A DNA stretch of 64,000 nt from Bacteroidota bacterium (GCA_040388705.1 JAZKBI010000016.1:13504-77503); one strand, 5' to 3'. Counted from the first letter of the stretch, positions 9,090-19,228 are shown. Numbers and translations are program-made. The notes: generated from the letters alone by a model not told the origin.

Positions 9090-10976
9090 TCAATCTCGTG
9101 TTGCCCTTGCCCGGATACTTGTCCGCCCTTTGATGATATACCGAAGTGTTCTTCTTCGGATAGAAAGAGATCGTTCGAATTTGGTTTCATGAAATCGCTT
9201 TGCGCTGTATACATTTATTATGTCCGCTGCACTGATCATACCTGTGATCTTGCCGTCCACAGCATTGTCCAATACAGCAATCACATCCATTTTTCCATTT
9301 CCCATGATTTCTGCAACGGCGCCAGCATGCATGTTTTCCGTCACAAAGTATTCTTTCGGTGAGAGGATCTGTCGCACTGTTACCTCATCCGCAATCTGTT
9401 TATTAAATACTTTCTTGCGTTCCACATAACCCACAAAAGTTTCATCCTCATCTTCTACAATAAAAAGATCGTCAGCCCTTCTCGAAATATGTGAAGTGCT
9501 CCAGGTACGTAAATCGCCTACAGTTGTACCAGCACTGACCAATATGGACACTTTTTTCACGAGTTCTCCCGCGCCGATCGTGCGTAAAACATCGGGCTCG
9601 AAAGACTGGGGTGTTCTTACTCCTCTGCGCTGGATCTTCTCGGTCATAATACTGCCTTTAATCAGAAAAAAAGAAACCAGGTACGCTGCAGTGCACGCAC
9701 CAAGCAAAGGAAGCAGCCCATGCACATTGCCGGTTGTCTCCAATGCGAAAACGATCGCTGTCAGTATAGCGCGAGATGCACCGGTGAACATAGCAGCCAT
9801 CCCGATAAGGGCAGCAGTTGGAAGACTGATATGTGATGCAGGATAGAGATGCTGGATCAATAGTCCCAAAAGCGCTCCGAAGGCACCACCGATAGTGAAC
9901 AGCGGGGCCAGTGTCCCGCCAGATGTCCCACTACCGAGAGACAAAACCCAGGAAATGTATTTGAGAAAAGACAAAACCAACAGGGTGGTAATACTTAAGC
10001 TACCCGTTAAAAGTCCCGTGATGTTTTCATAACCAACTCCCATGGTTGCTGGAGCAAAATAACCGGTGACCCCAACCGCAATGGCTCCGATCGCCGGCCA
10101 CCACATCCAGTGGATGGGTAGTTTTTCAAACAGGTCCTCTACCCAGTATACCGATTTGGATACGCCTGCTGCAATGACACCGATAATCAGCCCCATGATT
10201 ATATAGGTTACCAGGTTCACTCCTGAAGGTTCAGCAACCGGTAGCATTTCAAAAACGTGATGGCTGCCAAACAGAAAAAGGTGCATAGCCGCGCCGGTGG
10301 TACAGGACAAAGCAACAGGTATGATCGACCTGGGTGAAAATTCAAACAGCAATAATTCAATAGCAAGCATGACTGCAGCAAGCGGTGAACCGAAAATAGT
10401 CGCCATTCCTGCACAGGCACCTGCCGTCAGCATGATCTTCCGTTCTTGGGCAGAGATCCGCATGATCTGCCCGGTAAGCGAACCAAACGCACCACCTGTG
10501 GCTATAATCGGCCCTTCTGCGCCAAAAGGCCCACCTGTACCAATAGAGATTGCTGCCGACAGGGGCTTTAAAAAAGTAAGCCTGGGCGGAATTTTGCTCT
10601 CGTTCATGATGATTTTTTCCATTGCCTCCGGAATTCCGTGGCCGCGAATTGCAGCCGATCCAAACCTGGCCATTACGCCAACGATTAGGCTTCCTGCAAT
10701 GGGTACCATGACAACCATCCAGCCCAGCGTATTGCCGGCAGGTGTTGCAGTCCGGAATGAAAATCGCTGGTAAAACGCGAGATTGGTGATCAGTTCAATC
10801 AGCAGTACAAGGCCTTTGGCGACCACTCCTATTATTATTGCGTTTACTATGGCCTGCAGGCTTAAAGGCAAAACGCGGGTAGTTAAGTCCGGATCGTGGA
10901 TAATACCTGTATTGTCTTCGGTGGTGTTTTCTAAAGAGGGGGAAAGCGGAATAATTTCTGACGCGTTCTTCATCAT
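9090..10976 (-). CDS. CLC family chloride channel/transporter with C-terminal CBS-like pair
   Basis: CLC motifs GHGIPE, GGPFGAEGP and GTSGGTLAP; multiple TM helices. Start moved from the track's 11075 to ATG 10976 (or 10973) because the upstream extension contains the operator palindrome. Confidence 0.88.
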   Translation of the reverse strand: MMKNASEIIPLSPSLENTTEDNTGIIHDPDLTTRVLPLSLQAIVNAIIIGVVAKGLVLLIELITNLAFYQRFSFRTATPAGNTLGWMVVMVPIAGSLIVGVMARFGSAAIRGHGIPEAMEKIIMNESKIPPRLTFLKPLSAAISIGTGGPFGAEGPIIATGGAFGSLTGQIMRISAQERKIMLTAGACAGMATIFGSPLAAVMLAIELLLFEFSPRSIIPVALSCTTGAAMHLFLFGSHHVFEMLPVAEPSGVNLVTYIIMGLIIGVIAAGVSKSVYWVEDLFEKLPIHWMWWPAIGAIAVGVTGYFAPATMGVGYENITGLLTGSLSITTLLVLSFLKYISWVLSLGSGTSGGTLAPLFTIGGAFGALLGLLIQHLYPASHISLPTAALIGMAAMFTGASRAILTAIVFALETTGNVHGLLPLLGACTAAYLVSFFLIKGSIMTEKIQRRGVRTPQSFEPDVLRTIGAGELVKKVSILVSAGTTVGDLRTWSTSHISRRADDLFIVEDEDETFVGYVERKKVFNKQIADEVTVRQILSPKEYFVTENMHAGAVAEIMGNGKMDVIAVLDNAVDGKITGMISAADIINVYSAKRFHETKFERSLSIRRRTLRYIIKGRTSIRARATRD

Positions 10977-11003
10977 CTGTTGGCTGGTGGTCAATAATTG
11001 TAC

Positions 11004-11029
11004 AAAAATATGATTTAAATCATATTTTT
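11004..11029. promoter_or_regulatory. FNR/CRP-type operator palindrome
   Basis: Perfect 26-bp palindrome AAAAATATGATTTAAATCATATTTTT. Core ATGAT-N4-ATCAT vs the FNR consensus TTGAT-N4-ATCAA. Confidence 0.65.
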
Positions 11030-11096
11030 CGGCAAGAAAATCTGCAAATTCGAATGATGTAGGCGATATAGCCAATATTTTTATTGACAGGTACCC

Positions 11097-11104
11097 TAAC
11101 TTTG
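11097..11104 (+). promoter_or_regulatory. Bacteroidota sigma-A -7 element for the Crp/Fnr gene
   Basis: TAACTTTG matches TAnnTTTG, 13 nt before the ATG. Confidence 0.5.
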
Positions 11105-11117
11105 AAGCTATCTTTTT

Positions 11118-11819
11118 ATGAAGAAAGAAACCAGAATATGTGACCTTTCAAGCTGCTTTATGTGTCGCAATAGCGTTCCTGAATGGCTTGCCTTTATCGG
11201 GGAACACAGGAAAAACATCAGCCTGAAAAAAAACGAACCGGTTTTTATGAAAGGCGATACAGTTACCGGTATTTTTTTCCTGTACTCCGGTAAAGTGAAA
11301 GTGCATACAAGATGGAACGATGACAAAGAGCTCATTCTTAGATTTGTAAAAACTGGCGATATACTGGGTCACCGGGGATTGGGAAGCCATTCAGTTTATC
11401 CCGTTTCTGCAACAGCCCTCGAAGAAACCATACTATGTTTTGTGGACGCGGAGTTTTTCCAGGCTTCGTTGAAAATGAACCCTTCGCTCACCTACAAATT
11501 GCTTCTTTTTTACGCTGACGAATTGCAGGATGCCGAACAACGTATGCGCGACCTGGTGCACATGGATACAAGAGGCCGGGTGGCGGATGCGCTGCTGTTG
11601 ATGCGAACCCAATTCGGCATCGATAAAAACGGTTTTATCGAAATGAACCTTACCCGCCAAAATCTTTCTGCTTTTGTTGGTGCTACCTATGAAACGGTTT
11701 TCAGAGTCATTACACAGTTGATCGAAGACAAGGTAATTGTCTCCAAAGACAAAAACATCAGGATCGAAAATGAAACATTGCTCCGGTCCTATTTACAACC
11801 TGATGTATTTAAAAAATAG
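11118..11819 (+). CDS. Crp/Fnr family transcriptional regulator with N-terminal Cys cluster
   Basis: cNMP-binding fold (IFFLYSGKVKV, GDILGHRG), HTH LTRQNLSAFVGATYETVFRVI, N-terminal CDLSSCFMC. Confidence 0.92.
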   Translation: MKKETRICDLSSCFMCRNSVPEWLAFIGEHRKNISLKKNEPVFMKGDTVTGIFFLYSGKVKVHTRWNDDKELILRFVKTGDILGHRGLGSHSVYPVSATALEETILCFVDAEFFQASLKMNPSLTYKLLLFYADELQDAEQRMRDLVHMDTRGRVADALLLMRTQFGIDKNGFIEMNLTRQNLSAFVGATYETVFRVITQLIEDKVIVSKDKNIRIENETLLRSYLQPDVFKK

Positions 11820-12112
11820 TTTTCCTTGACAGATTTATTTTTTAAGTATGATCTCACCGTTGCGGTGACTGTTTTCAAAAAATCGTAACAGCCGGCAGTC
11901 CTGGAAATCATGGTCATCCCTGAAAATATAGCCTAAAAAAAACGGGTGACCGGGCATCATAAAAACCACGTGCATAGATTTCGATATGGGCATTCTTATT
12001 AAAAGAAACCAGGCCGGCACGATTGGCACATCCACTGATGATCATAATACAAAAAACAGTACTGATCATATTTCTTTTCATCCAGACTGGTTATGGCAAG
12101 CTAAAAGTATAA

Positions 12113-14923
12113 TTAAAATTCCCCCTTCGCTTCTCCCGCCCTCTTCCCAAACTTCCTCGGGTAATACGCAAACGTCAGCATGAAATACTGCTGCAGGCCG
12201 TTGGTGATACTGGTTGAGGTTCCATAGGCGCTTACGCTGTTTGAGATGTTCCTGTATTGTTTCAGGATATCCATGGCAGCCAGCTTTAACTCTCCCTGTT
12301 GTTTCATGATCCGGCAGGTGGCAAACGCATTCCAGAGAATGGTGGGTTTGTCGAGACTGGAGTTGTTGACATGATCCAGGGTAGTGCCAAAGCTCACATC
12401 TTTCGGGTAGTTGACGTTCACGCTGATATTCGTAGTGTTGCTGCTGTTGCTGAAATTATTGAGTTGGCTCACGGTTTGTGCTACCTTGTTATGATCCAGC
12501 CTTTCCGCGATACTCAGCACCAAAACAGAACCAAGAGAAAACCGGAGCGAAACCAGGTTCGATAACCGCGTACTTTTACTGAGGTTATAGATCCCGTCGA
12601 TATAATTGGGTTGATTGCCTGAACCAAAGGTTCCGCTATACATAAGCTGCAGTGTGTTTTTCTTTATCCGTTTTGAAATATTCGCACTGTAATTCATATA
12701 GAGATCCTCGCTTTTGTCGGCATTGATAAAATACGAAGTTCTTTTCCCCGATGGCGCATTGATCACACTGTCAGTTACCGGGTTCTGAGTCCGGTTGTAC
12801 CCCCCGCTTATATACGCATTGACCGCATAGGGCGATTGCGGGTTCTGCGTAGTGTAACTGGTGTACATGCCCAGGCTATGGTTAACGCGGTTTTTAAGTG
12901 CGGGGTTACCAACCGTTATATTATAGGCATTGATATCGTCCACGATGGTGTATAATGCATCGATGGAGGGATAGTCGAAATTCTTACTGTAGTTAATCGA
13001 AGCGTTATAATTATTTTTCCTGGCAGTGTAACTGTAAAAGTTAAGCCCTGCATCATACCTGAAAAAATGGAAAGACCTGTCGAGGTTGCGCCAGGCTATG
13101 GTAGATGCATTTTTTTCCGACCTGATATCCTCCATGAATTTTGCCTGCAGGTTTATACTCCTGTAACCCGATGACCTGTTTTTTGAAAAAGATTTTGCTA
13201 CAGACAAAGCTGGAACATAACTGATTGTTCTCCTGGTATTCTCATTACTCAGGCTATTATTGACAGCATAGTTTTTTGCAGAGCTATCGAAATCACTTAC
13301 CCGCGAACTACCGTTTGTCTGGGAATAATTAAACGCCTGTTCCAGCCTGAGATCAATGCCGCCCAGATTGTACCTGCCAAACAGCAGGCGCCTGAAACCT
13401 CCATATGTGAGGTTTGCGCGGGCGCTAAAAGTCTCGTTATTATTAAGGTAACGGCGGTTGTAGGAAGTATCCTTATTATTCACCGTCATCGATTTAAACA
13501 CACTGATCACGTTCCTTTCAGAAGAAGAATGGGAGCGTTGCATATTAGCCGACATGTTTACGTTCGTAAGCGGCTGGTCAAAATCATTCCTTCCGAAATT
13601 CAGGTTCAGGTATTGATTGTCGGAGCGGTCGGTTTGCCGGGTAAATATGTCATTCGTGCTCTGAGGTGAGCCCTGTGCATCAGCAGTTGCCGAATGAGAG
13701 GATGAAATCCCGTTCCTGTCCTGGAAAGAGGCTGTTCCACTCAGGTTCATGTTATCATTATACGAATTGGTCTTCAAATAATTGACCCCTATCGTATGGT
13801 TGTTGCTGATGTTGTTCTGCTGACCTTCTTCTTTGATCAATTGTTCGGATCCTGCAACAATCCGGTTCTGCGTGCGCAGGTTGGTAACCCAACTATCGCC
13901 CCCGTTCTTATTGTAGTTAACGGTTAACCGGTTGTTTTGCCTGCTGTTGTTGGATTCGGAAAAATTCTGCGTTAACGATATACCCACTGAATGGTTCTTA
14001 TTGATCCCGCTTGCCCCGAACCTGCCCACCCTGGACAGATCGGGATTGATTGTACGGAATGTATTGTTCTGCATCATCGATTCAAGACTGCCGATATCCT
14101 TGTTTATGTTATTATACCCACCACCAAAACCTAAACTGGATTTTTTATCATAGGTCTGCATCACCAGGTCCGACTCAAACCGGTCATCTGTACCATAGCC
14201 AGCGCCGCCTTTTCCGAAATAGCCTTTTTTGGCGCTTTCCTTCAATTTTATGTTCATCGATAAAATGGAATCCGCTTGCTGCTGTCCCTGGTTCCCGATA
14301 TTCGCCCTGTCATATTCCTGGTATAACTGGATCTTATCGATAGCAGATTTGGGAAGGTTTTGCGTGGCAATACGTGGATCTGTTGATCCCGCAAAAGGCT
14401 TCCCGTCTACAAAAACATTTTGCACTTTCCGTCCCGATACCGTGATGCTTCCATCTGACCATACGGTCATTCCCGGTACCTGGTTCAATAACTCTTCCAC
14501 AACCTGGTGCTCTTTCAATTTAAACGCAGACGGGTTGATCTCGAGCGTATCGCCATTCATCCGCACAGGAATTTTGGTGGTTACCACTACCGAGCTGGTA
14601 TCTTTCGTATTAAGGGAAAGGAGAACATGCAGGGAATCTTTCCCGGTCAGCTGCAAAACGGAACTATATGTATTGTATCCTACATAACTGATACTGATAA
14701 GCACTTTGTTTTTAAGCGACAGTTTATCAAAAGAAACGATTCCGTTCCTATCAGATAACTGGTAGTTGAGTAGGCTTGAATCCTGGTTAAACAGCGTTAC
14801 GGTTGCCAGTTCAAGCGGTGTTTTTGTTGTTGAGTCATACACAACCGCTTTTAGTTTTCCTGCCTGGCCAAAAGCCACCACAGCACAACTTATCAATACC
14901 TGGACCAGGAATAGTTTTTTCAT
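12113..14923 (-). CDS. Outer-membrane beta-barrel protein with N-terminal carboxypeptidase-regulatory-like domain (OMP_b-brl_3-like)
   Basis: Signal peptide, LELATVTL, VEELLNQVPG, VDGKPF...IATQNLP..AIDKIQ, C-terminal YFMLTFAY. Confidence 0.8.
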   Translation of the reverse strand: MKKLFLVQVLISCAVVAFGQAGKLKAVVYDSTTKTPLELATVTLFNQDSSLLNYQLSDRNGIVSFDKLSLKNKVLISISYVGYNTYSSVLQLTGKDSLHVLLSLNTKDTSSVVVTTKIPVRMNGDTLEINPSAFKLKEHQVVEELLNQVPGMTVWSDGSITVSGRKVQNVFVDGKPFAGSTDPRIATQNLPKSAIDKIQLYQEYDRANIGNQGQQQADSILSMNIKLKESAKKGYFGKGGAGYGTDDRFESDLVMQTYDKKSSLGFGGGYNNINKDIGSLESMMQNNTFRTINPDLSRVGRFGASGINKNHSVGISLTQNFSESNNSRQNNRLTVNYNKNGGDSWVTNLRTQNRIVAGSEQLIKEEGQQNNISNNHTIGVNYLKTNSYNDNMNLSGTASFQDRNGISSSHSATADAQGSPQSTNDIFTRQTDRSDNQYLNLNFGRNDFDQPLTNVNMSANMQRSHSSSERNVISVFKSMTVNNKDTSYNRRYLNNNETFSARANLTYGGFRRLLFGRYNLGGIDLRLEQAFNYSQTNGSSRVSDFDSSAKNYAVNNSLSNENTRRTISYVPALSVAKSFSKNRSSGYRSINLQAKFMEDIRSEKNASTIAWRNLDRSFHFFRYDAGLNFYSYTARKNNYNASINYSKNFDYPSIDALYTIVDDINAYNITVGNPALKNRVNHSLGMYTSYTTQNPQSPYAVNAYISGGYNRTQNPVTDSVINAPSGKRTSYFINADKSEDLYMNYSANISKRIKKNTLQLMYSGTFGSGNQPNYIDGIYNLSKSTRLSNLVSLRFSLGSVLVLSIAERLDHNKVAQTVSQLNNFSNSSNTTNISVNVNYPKDVSFGTTLDHVNNSSLDKPTILWNAFATCRIMKQQGELKLAAMDILKQYRNISNSVSAYGTSTSITNGLQQYFMLTFAYYPRKFGKRAGEAKGEF

Positions 14924-14926
14924 CCG

Positions 14927-16213
14927 TTAATCTTTAAGCGTAAATTCTACCACCACCGGCATATTTTTATCGGGAGTTCCCTGTAAAAATGCAGACAGTT
15001 CTTTGGGAACCGCTATATCAGGGTTTTGCTTGAAAAAAGAAATCAGGAGATCTGCTTTCAGTAACTTATAAAATTTATGACCCGTCCGCATAACATTGTA
15101 TGGTGTTAAAAGTGACAGGTTATATTGTTTTGGATCTCCTTTTATTTTAGTGGCGTTATAAGCAGTTTTGGTTTGCTTATCATAAACAAAAACTTCATAG
15201 TGTGAAAAAAAACTCATGGTAATGTAAATCAGCCGTGAGTTCTCATAAAAATCATAAACCTGGTGAAATGCCCATCCATTGTTTCTTCTAAAATTTTCCC
15301 TTTCAGCTTTTGTTACAGATGCATCAGTGAAAAATGTGGCAGGAAGACTGTTCTCAAGAGGCATTACTAATTGGTAAAGGGGAGATAAGCTGCCTTTTAC
15401 CAATTTATATACGGTATCACAGTAGGGCCTCGTCAGATAAGAAATATAGGGTGTGTCTGAAGAAGCGGTAAACGCGCCTTCTTCGCTGAACAGGAATTTG
15501 GGTTCATTCACACGGTTATAAGGGAAATAGCTTTTTAGGAGTTTCTCATTCTCATATATGTTCACTTCATACCCGGTGCTGTCTTTATATAAAGGGCTGG
15601 TCGTAATTTTTGCCAGGATATACTGATTTGCATACAAAGAACGGGCGCCTATCAGGTCATATTTATCAGGCTTGGCTTTTTTGATCGCAAAAGTAGTATC
15701 ATTCAGATCGATCACATATTTTTTGAAATACTTAAGGTTGTGTTCGTTGCTCCAATCCAATTGGATCTTTACCTTGTCTTTCGAGGTAAGTGTATAGTTG
15801 CTGTTATTGCCAAAGAATACAATTTGATTTGTTCTTGCGTTGTATGCGGGGTATAAATTGTTGGCAAACGATTTAAAGTTTATTTTCTTAACAAAGGCGC
15901 CTGTCTTTGCATAGATGTGTAACACTCCTGCGGTATAATCGTTAACCAGGAAATATTTCTCCGTCATCTGCACGTTAGCATATTCACTAAAGCTAATTCC
16001 TGCAACAGTTTCAAATGGTGTAAATTTTATGGAGTCAACAAAGCCTGATTGTTTTTGAATGCCGGGGTTCTTCGGATTAATGTAGATCTTTTCAACCTGT
16101 TGCGCCCATATCGTATTTGCAAAAAAACAGCACCCTATTAAGAATACAGGAATGGAGGATCGGTTTCTCACAAAGCTCAATGACGAAAAAAAGTAAACAG
16201 AGCAATAACGCAC
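14927..16213 (-). CDS. 6-bladed beta-propeller protein (DUF5128/BF3164-like)
   Basis: N-terminal signal region, IKFTPFET, YAKTGAFVKKI, DTVYKL and C-terminal DKNMPVVVEFTLK resemble this family. Confidence 0.6.
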   Translation of the reverse strand: MRYCSVYFFSSLSFVRNRSSIPVFLIGCCFFANTIWAQQVEKIYINPKNPGIQKQSGFVDSIKFTPFETVAGISFSEYANVQMTEKYFLVNDYTAGVLHIYAKTGAFVKKINFKSFANNLYPAYNARTNQIVFFGNNSNYTLTSKDKVKIQLDWSNEHNLKYFKKYVIDLNDTTFAIKKAKPDKYDLIGARSLYANQYILAKITTSPLYKDSTGYEVNIYENEKLLKSYFPYNRVNEPKFLFSEEGAFTASSDTPYISYLTRPYCDTVYKLVKGSLSPLYQLVMPLENSLPATFFTDASVTKAERENFRRNNGWAFHQVYDFYENSRLIYITMSFFSHYEVFVYDKQTKTAYNATKIKGDPKQYNLSLLTPYNVMRTGHKFYKLLKADLLISFFKQNPDIAVPKELSAFLQGTPDKNMPVVVEFTLKD

Positions 16214-16405
16214 TTTCTATCGGTTAGTTTGGTTACTTGAAAAGTATACAAAAATAGATTTATAAACTCCCTATAAATTATAATTTTTTGTTAAGTGATC
16301 TTTTTATTTTACCAACGGTATGGTTTATCCTTTAAAGGCAAAGAAACGGTCTCTGCTAAACACCAAAACCCGAATGAAGACTGGGCCATCTCAAATTCTT
16401 GCTGA

Positions 16406-16519
16406 TTTGAACCACATAGCCACATAGAAACATAGTTGTAACACATAGTTCTTCTATGTGAAATCCTATGTTTTCTATCCACGCCTTTGGCGGGACAAGT
16501 TGTGGCTATGTGGTTCAAA
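16406..16519. repeat. Nested palindromic intergenic element (CACATAG family)
   Basis: Perfect 19-bp terminal inverted repeats TTTGAACCACATAGCCACA and TGTGGCTATGTGGTTCAAA, with internal CACATAG-TTCTT-CTATGTG. Confidence 0.75.
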
Positions 16520-16702
16520 AAAAAGTGAACAAGCACAACGCGAAAATTTAAAATGCATCCAAAAGATTTCGGCTATTTCAAAATCCTGTTAATATTCTTA
16601 TCTTAGTGGGATAGCCGAAATAATAAAACAGCGTTTAGATTCAGCAAATATATTGTTGGCGTCATGCCCAAATTATCACTCACTATTAAACCGCTTTGGT
16701 TT

Positions 16703-17077
16703 ATGTGTCGCAAAATAATCCTGGCTTGTTTTATTCTTTGTTCCTGTTCAACTACGCGGATGGTAGAAACTGATTTGTATTTTGGACAAACAAGGCCCGA
16801 TGGCAGTATGATCACAGAAACTGAGTGGACAAATTTTAGGAATAATCAAATTGCAAAAGTGTACAAAGAAGGTTGCACCGTCATAAAAGCCTCGGGAAAT
16901 TGGCTTGATCCTGTAACACATAAGCTGATAACTGAACCTAGCTACCTTGTTATACATAATTATAACAGCTCTTCTCAAAAATCACAACAGATCGACAGCC
17001 TCAGGTATTGGTACAAGACCATGTTTCAGCAACAATCGGTATTACGGGTTGACAAGAAAGCTAAAGTGAGTTTTTAG
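16703..17077 (+). CDS. DUF3574 family lipoprotein
   Basis: Lipobox ILCSC; TDLYFG...G..ITETEW..F, EGCTVI.ASGNW and QQSVLRV. Confidence 0.8.
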   Translation: MCRKIILACFILCSCSTTRMVETDLYFGQTRPDGSMITETEWTNFRNNQIAKVYKEGCTVIKASGNWLDPVTHKLITEPSYLVIHNYNSSSQKSQQIDSLRYWYKTMFQQQSVLRVDKKAKVSF

Positions 17078-17145
17078 GTTGATCATATTCCTTCCAAAAT
17101 CCGATTGCAATGATCAGTTGATTCCGGTTTGAAGTTTGCCTGTTC

Positions 17146-18375
17146 TTAAAACGCTTCACCCAAATTCAATATGATGGACCTGTAATCTTTACTCATTCCA
17201 TAATCAATACCAATATTCGTTCTCGAACCTTTGTTGAACTTTATGCGCAAGCCTGCTCCACCCGCCGGGTTGATACCGGTAAACTTGTTGTTCACGTCTG
17301 TTACGCTGTTAACATTTGCAAAAACAACAAAACCGAATAACCCGTTTTTCGTAATGTCGCGGCGGTATTCACTTTCAAAGTAAAGTAGCGTTTTGCCGCT
17401 ATACCTGTTTTGATCTATCCCACGGCCGGACCGGTTATAGGGATCCCATCCAATCCCAGGCAGATCCAGTAAAGGTGTGGGGCCATTAAAGACTGTCCAC
17501 ACATAGGACCACAAGGCGAGTGTATTCTGCTGCAATCGGTTGGCTGGATTTAATGAAATGTATTTCCTGACATCCAGGTACAAAGATTGCCAGTTAGCGT
17601 TGCTGCCAAGTATTTTCGGATTGATGCGGTAAACCATATTCGCATATACACCAGGCAATGGGTTGATGGAATTGTTCCGCGTATCATACAACAGGTCAAA
17701 CGAAATACCAGATGCGAATGAGTTACTGCCTGTGCCTTCATTGTAGCCTGTATACTGCTTCAGATTTACCACCGAATCATCTGTCTTTATATTCAGGTGA
17801 TAATCGAGATGGTAACCACCACCCGCAAAGAAGTACGGTGTAATTTTCTTCAGTGCACTCTGGTAAACCCTGACGTATTTATAATCTACCAATAATTTTT
17901 GATCCTCGGGGCGAACCCCGCCAACACCCCAGGTATATTGCGGATAAAAAAGGAAACGCATATCTCCCTGTATCGTCCAGGTATTATTGGCTAGCCAAAT
18001 ACTTGTTCGTAGCGGCAATCCAAAACGATCACTGAAACTCCAGTAGGGTGTGAAGGTGGCGCTGGATATATTGGTTGTGTTCTTAGGGCCGAAATAAGTA
18101 GCGGCGGTTGTGGTGGTGATCAGTGCGCGGCCGCTTCCGCCCGGAACGGAACTGTTGAAAGGCAGCAATGAAAAATATACGTTCTTTCCACGCTCTTCCC
18201 TGATGGCTTTGGGAGCACGGAATTTGAAAAGGTCCCGGGCTACATCTATTAAATCCCTCTGTCCTATCGTATCCCGTCTTTTAACAGCTGTGGGGGGAAT
18301 AATCACCCCGGATGCATCTTGTGCCAAGGTAGAAAAGGAGATAAAAACGGCTAAGAGAACGAAAAGGTTGCGCAT
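17146..18375 (-). CDS. BamA/TamA (Omp85)-family outer-membrane barrel without POTRA domains
   Basis: Signal peptide, LLYDTRNNSINP, GRGIDQNRYSG, LYFESEYR, GGAGLRIKFNK, NIGIDYG and terminal GEAF. Confidence 0.75.
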   Translation of the reverse strand: MRNLFVLLAVFISFSTLAQDASGVIIPPTAVKRRDTIGQRDLIDVARDLFKFRAPKAIREERGKNVYFSLLPFNSSVPGGSGRALITTTTAATYFGPKNTTNISSATFTPYWSFSDRFGLPLRTSIWLANNTWTIQGDMRFLFYPQYTWGVGGVRPEDQKLLVDYKYVRVYQSALKKITPYFFAGGGYHLDYHLNIKTDDSVVNLKQYTGYNEGTGSNSFASGISFDLLYDTRNNSINPLPGVYANMVYRINPKILGSNANWQSLYLDVRKYISLNPANRLQQNTLALWSYVWTVFNGPTPLLDLPGIGWDPYNRSGRGIDQNRYSGKTLLYFESEYRRDITKNGLFGFVVFANVNSVTDVNNKFTGINPAGGAGLRIKFNKGSRTNIGIDYGMSKDYRSIILNLGEAF

Positions 18376-18735
18376 CCCTTTAGTGATTAAAAGATCATGC
18401 CGCGCAGCCTTACTGAAGATCTTTGCGCCGTTTTCGAAACACGGTCAGTTGATAAATGGCCAAATGATTTCCACTAACAGCTTTAGAAACGACTAATACT
18501 AACTTGAGCAGACGTCTAAATCAGACTCAATTGGTAAACACGATCGTATTTTGAACCTTCGCGTAAAAACCATCTACTATGTGGCGGAAGACAATCACTT
18601 CCGCCTTACACAGCATACCGCAAAACCAACTGTAAGAAAACAGGATGGATGGAAATCCTTCCTGGTATGCACCAAAACTAAATGCACATGAGAAAATATT
18701 TTTTGTGATAGCAGTTATACATTTTTATAACTAGC

Positions 18736-19191
18736 CTATTTGAGCGCTACGGAGAATTTTTTGGTAGCAGGTGGCAAACACTGCTGATCGTTGCATACCA
18801 TGAACTCTATACTACCGGCGATATTTGTTTTTAAAGCTTTTTTCAGTTTAACGATCTGTACAAAATCTACTTTGTTACTGAATTGCTTTACATCAACACC
18901 GAATAATTTTTCGTGATGTTGTTCGAGCTTGCCCACTTCTTTTACATTTCCTGTTATTATCGCCAAAGGGTTACTGCTGAATGTAACAGTTGTATGAACA
19001 GGGCCACCAGCTGGCGTTGTTTGCGAATAGATATGCCAACCACTTTGTATCGCTGCTGTTATGTGTATTTCATAGGTAACCGCATCTGTTTTTTTTGCGC
19101 TGTAGGTAAGACTTACCGGTTCTTGTACCTGCGACATGGCGGAAACACAGGATACCATCAGCAATACGGTTACAATTAGTATCTTTTTCAT
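18736..19191 (-). CDS. Stand-alone DsbD N-terminal (nDsbD-like) domain protein
   Basis: Signal peptide, GWHIYS and MVCNDQQCLPP (Cys pair like nDsbD). Confidence 0.8.
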   Translation of the reverse strand: MKKILIVTVLLMVSCVSAMSQVQEPVSLTYSAKKTDAVTYEIHITAAIQSGWHIYSQTTPAGGPVHTTVTFSSNPLAIITGNVKEVGKLEQHHEKLFGVDVKQFSNKVDFVQIVKLKKALKTNIAGSIEFMVCNDQQCLPPATKKFSVALK

Positions 19192-19228
19192 TTTGTATAT
19201 TTTATTCAGGTAAAAATAATAGCTGCTC

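Noticed and set aside
10977-11075. Track's 33-aa N-terminal extension of the CLC
   Set aside because: It overlaps the operator palindrome and the divergent promoter region, and starts at a non-ATG codon.
18376-18735. Intergenic hairpins (GGCGGAAG/CTTCCGCC near 18583-18605 and CAGGA/TCCTG near 18641-18664) as an sRNA or riboswitch
   Set aside because: No recognisable riboswitch consensus and no clear promoter or U-tail; they may be simple terminator elements.
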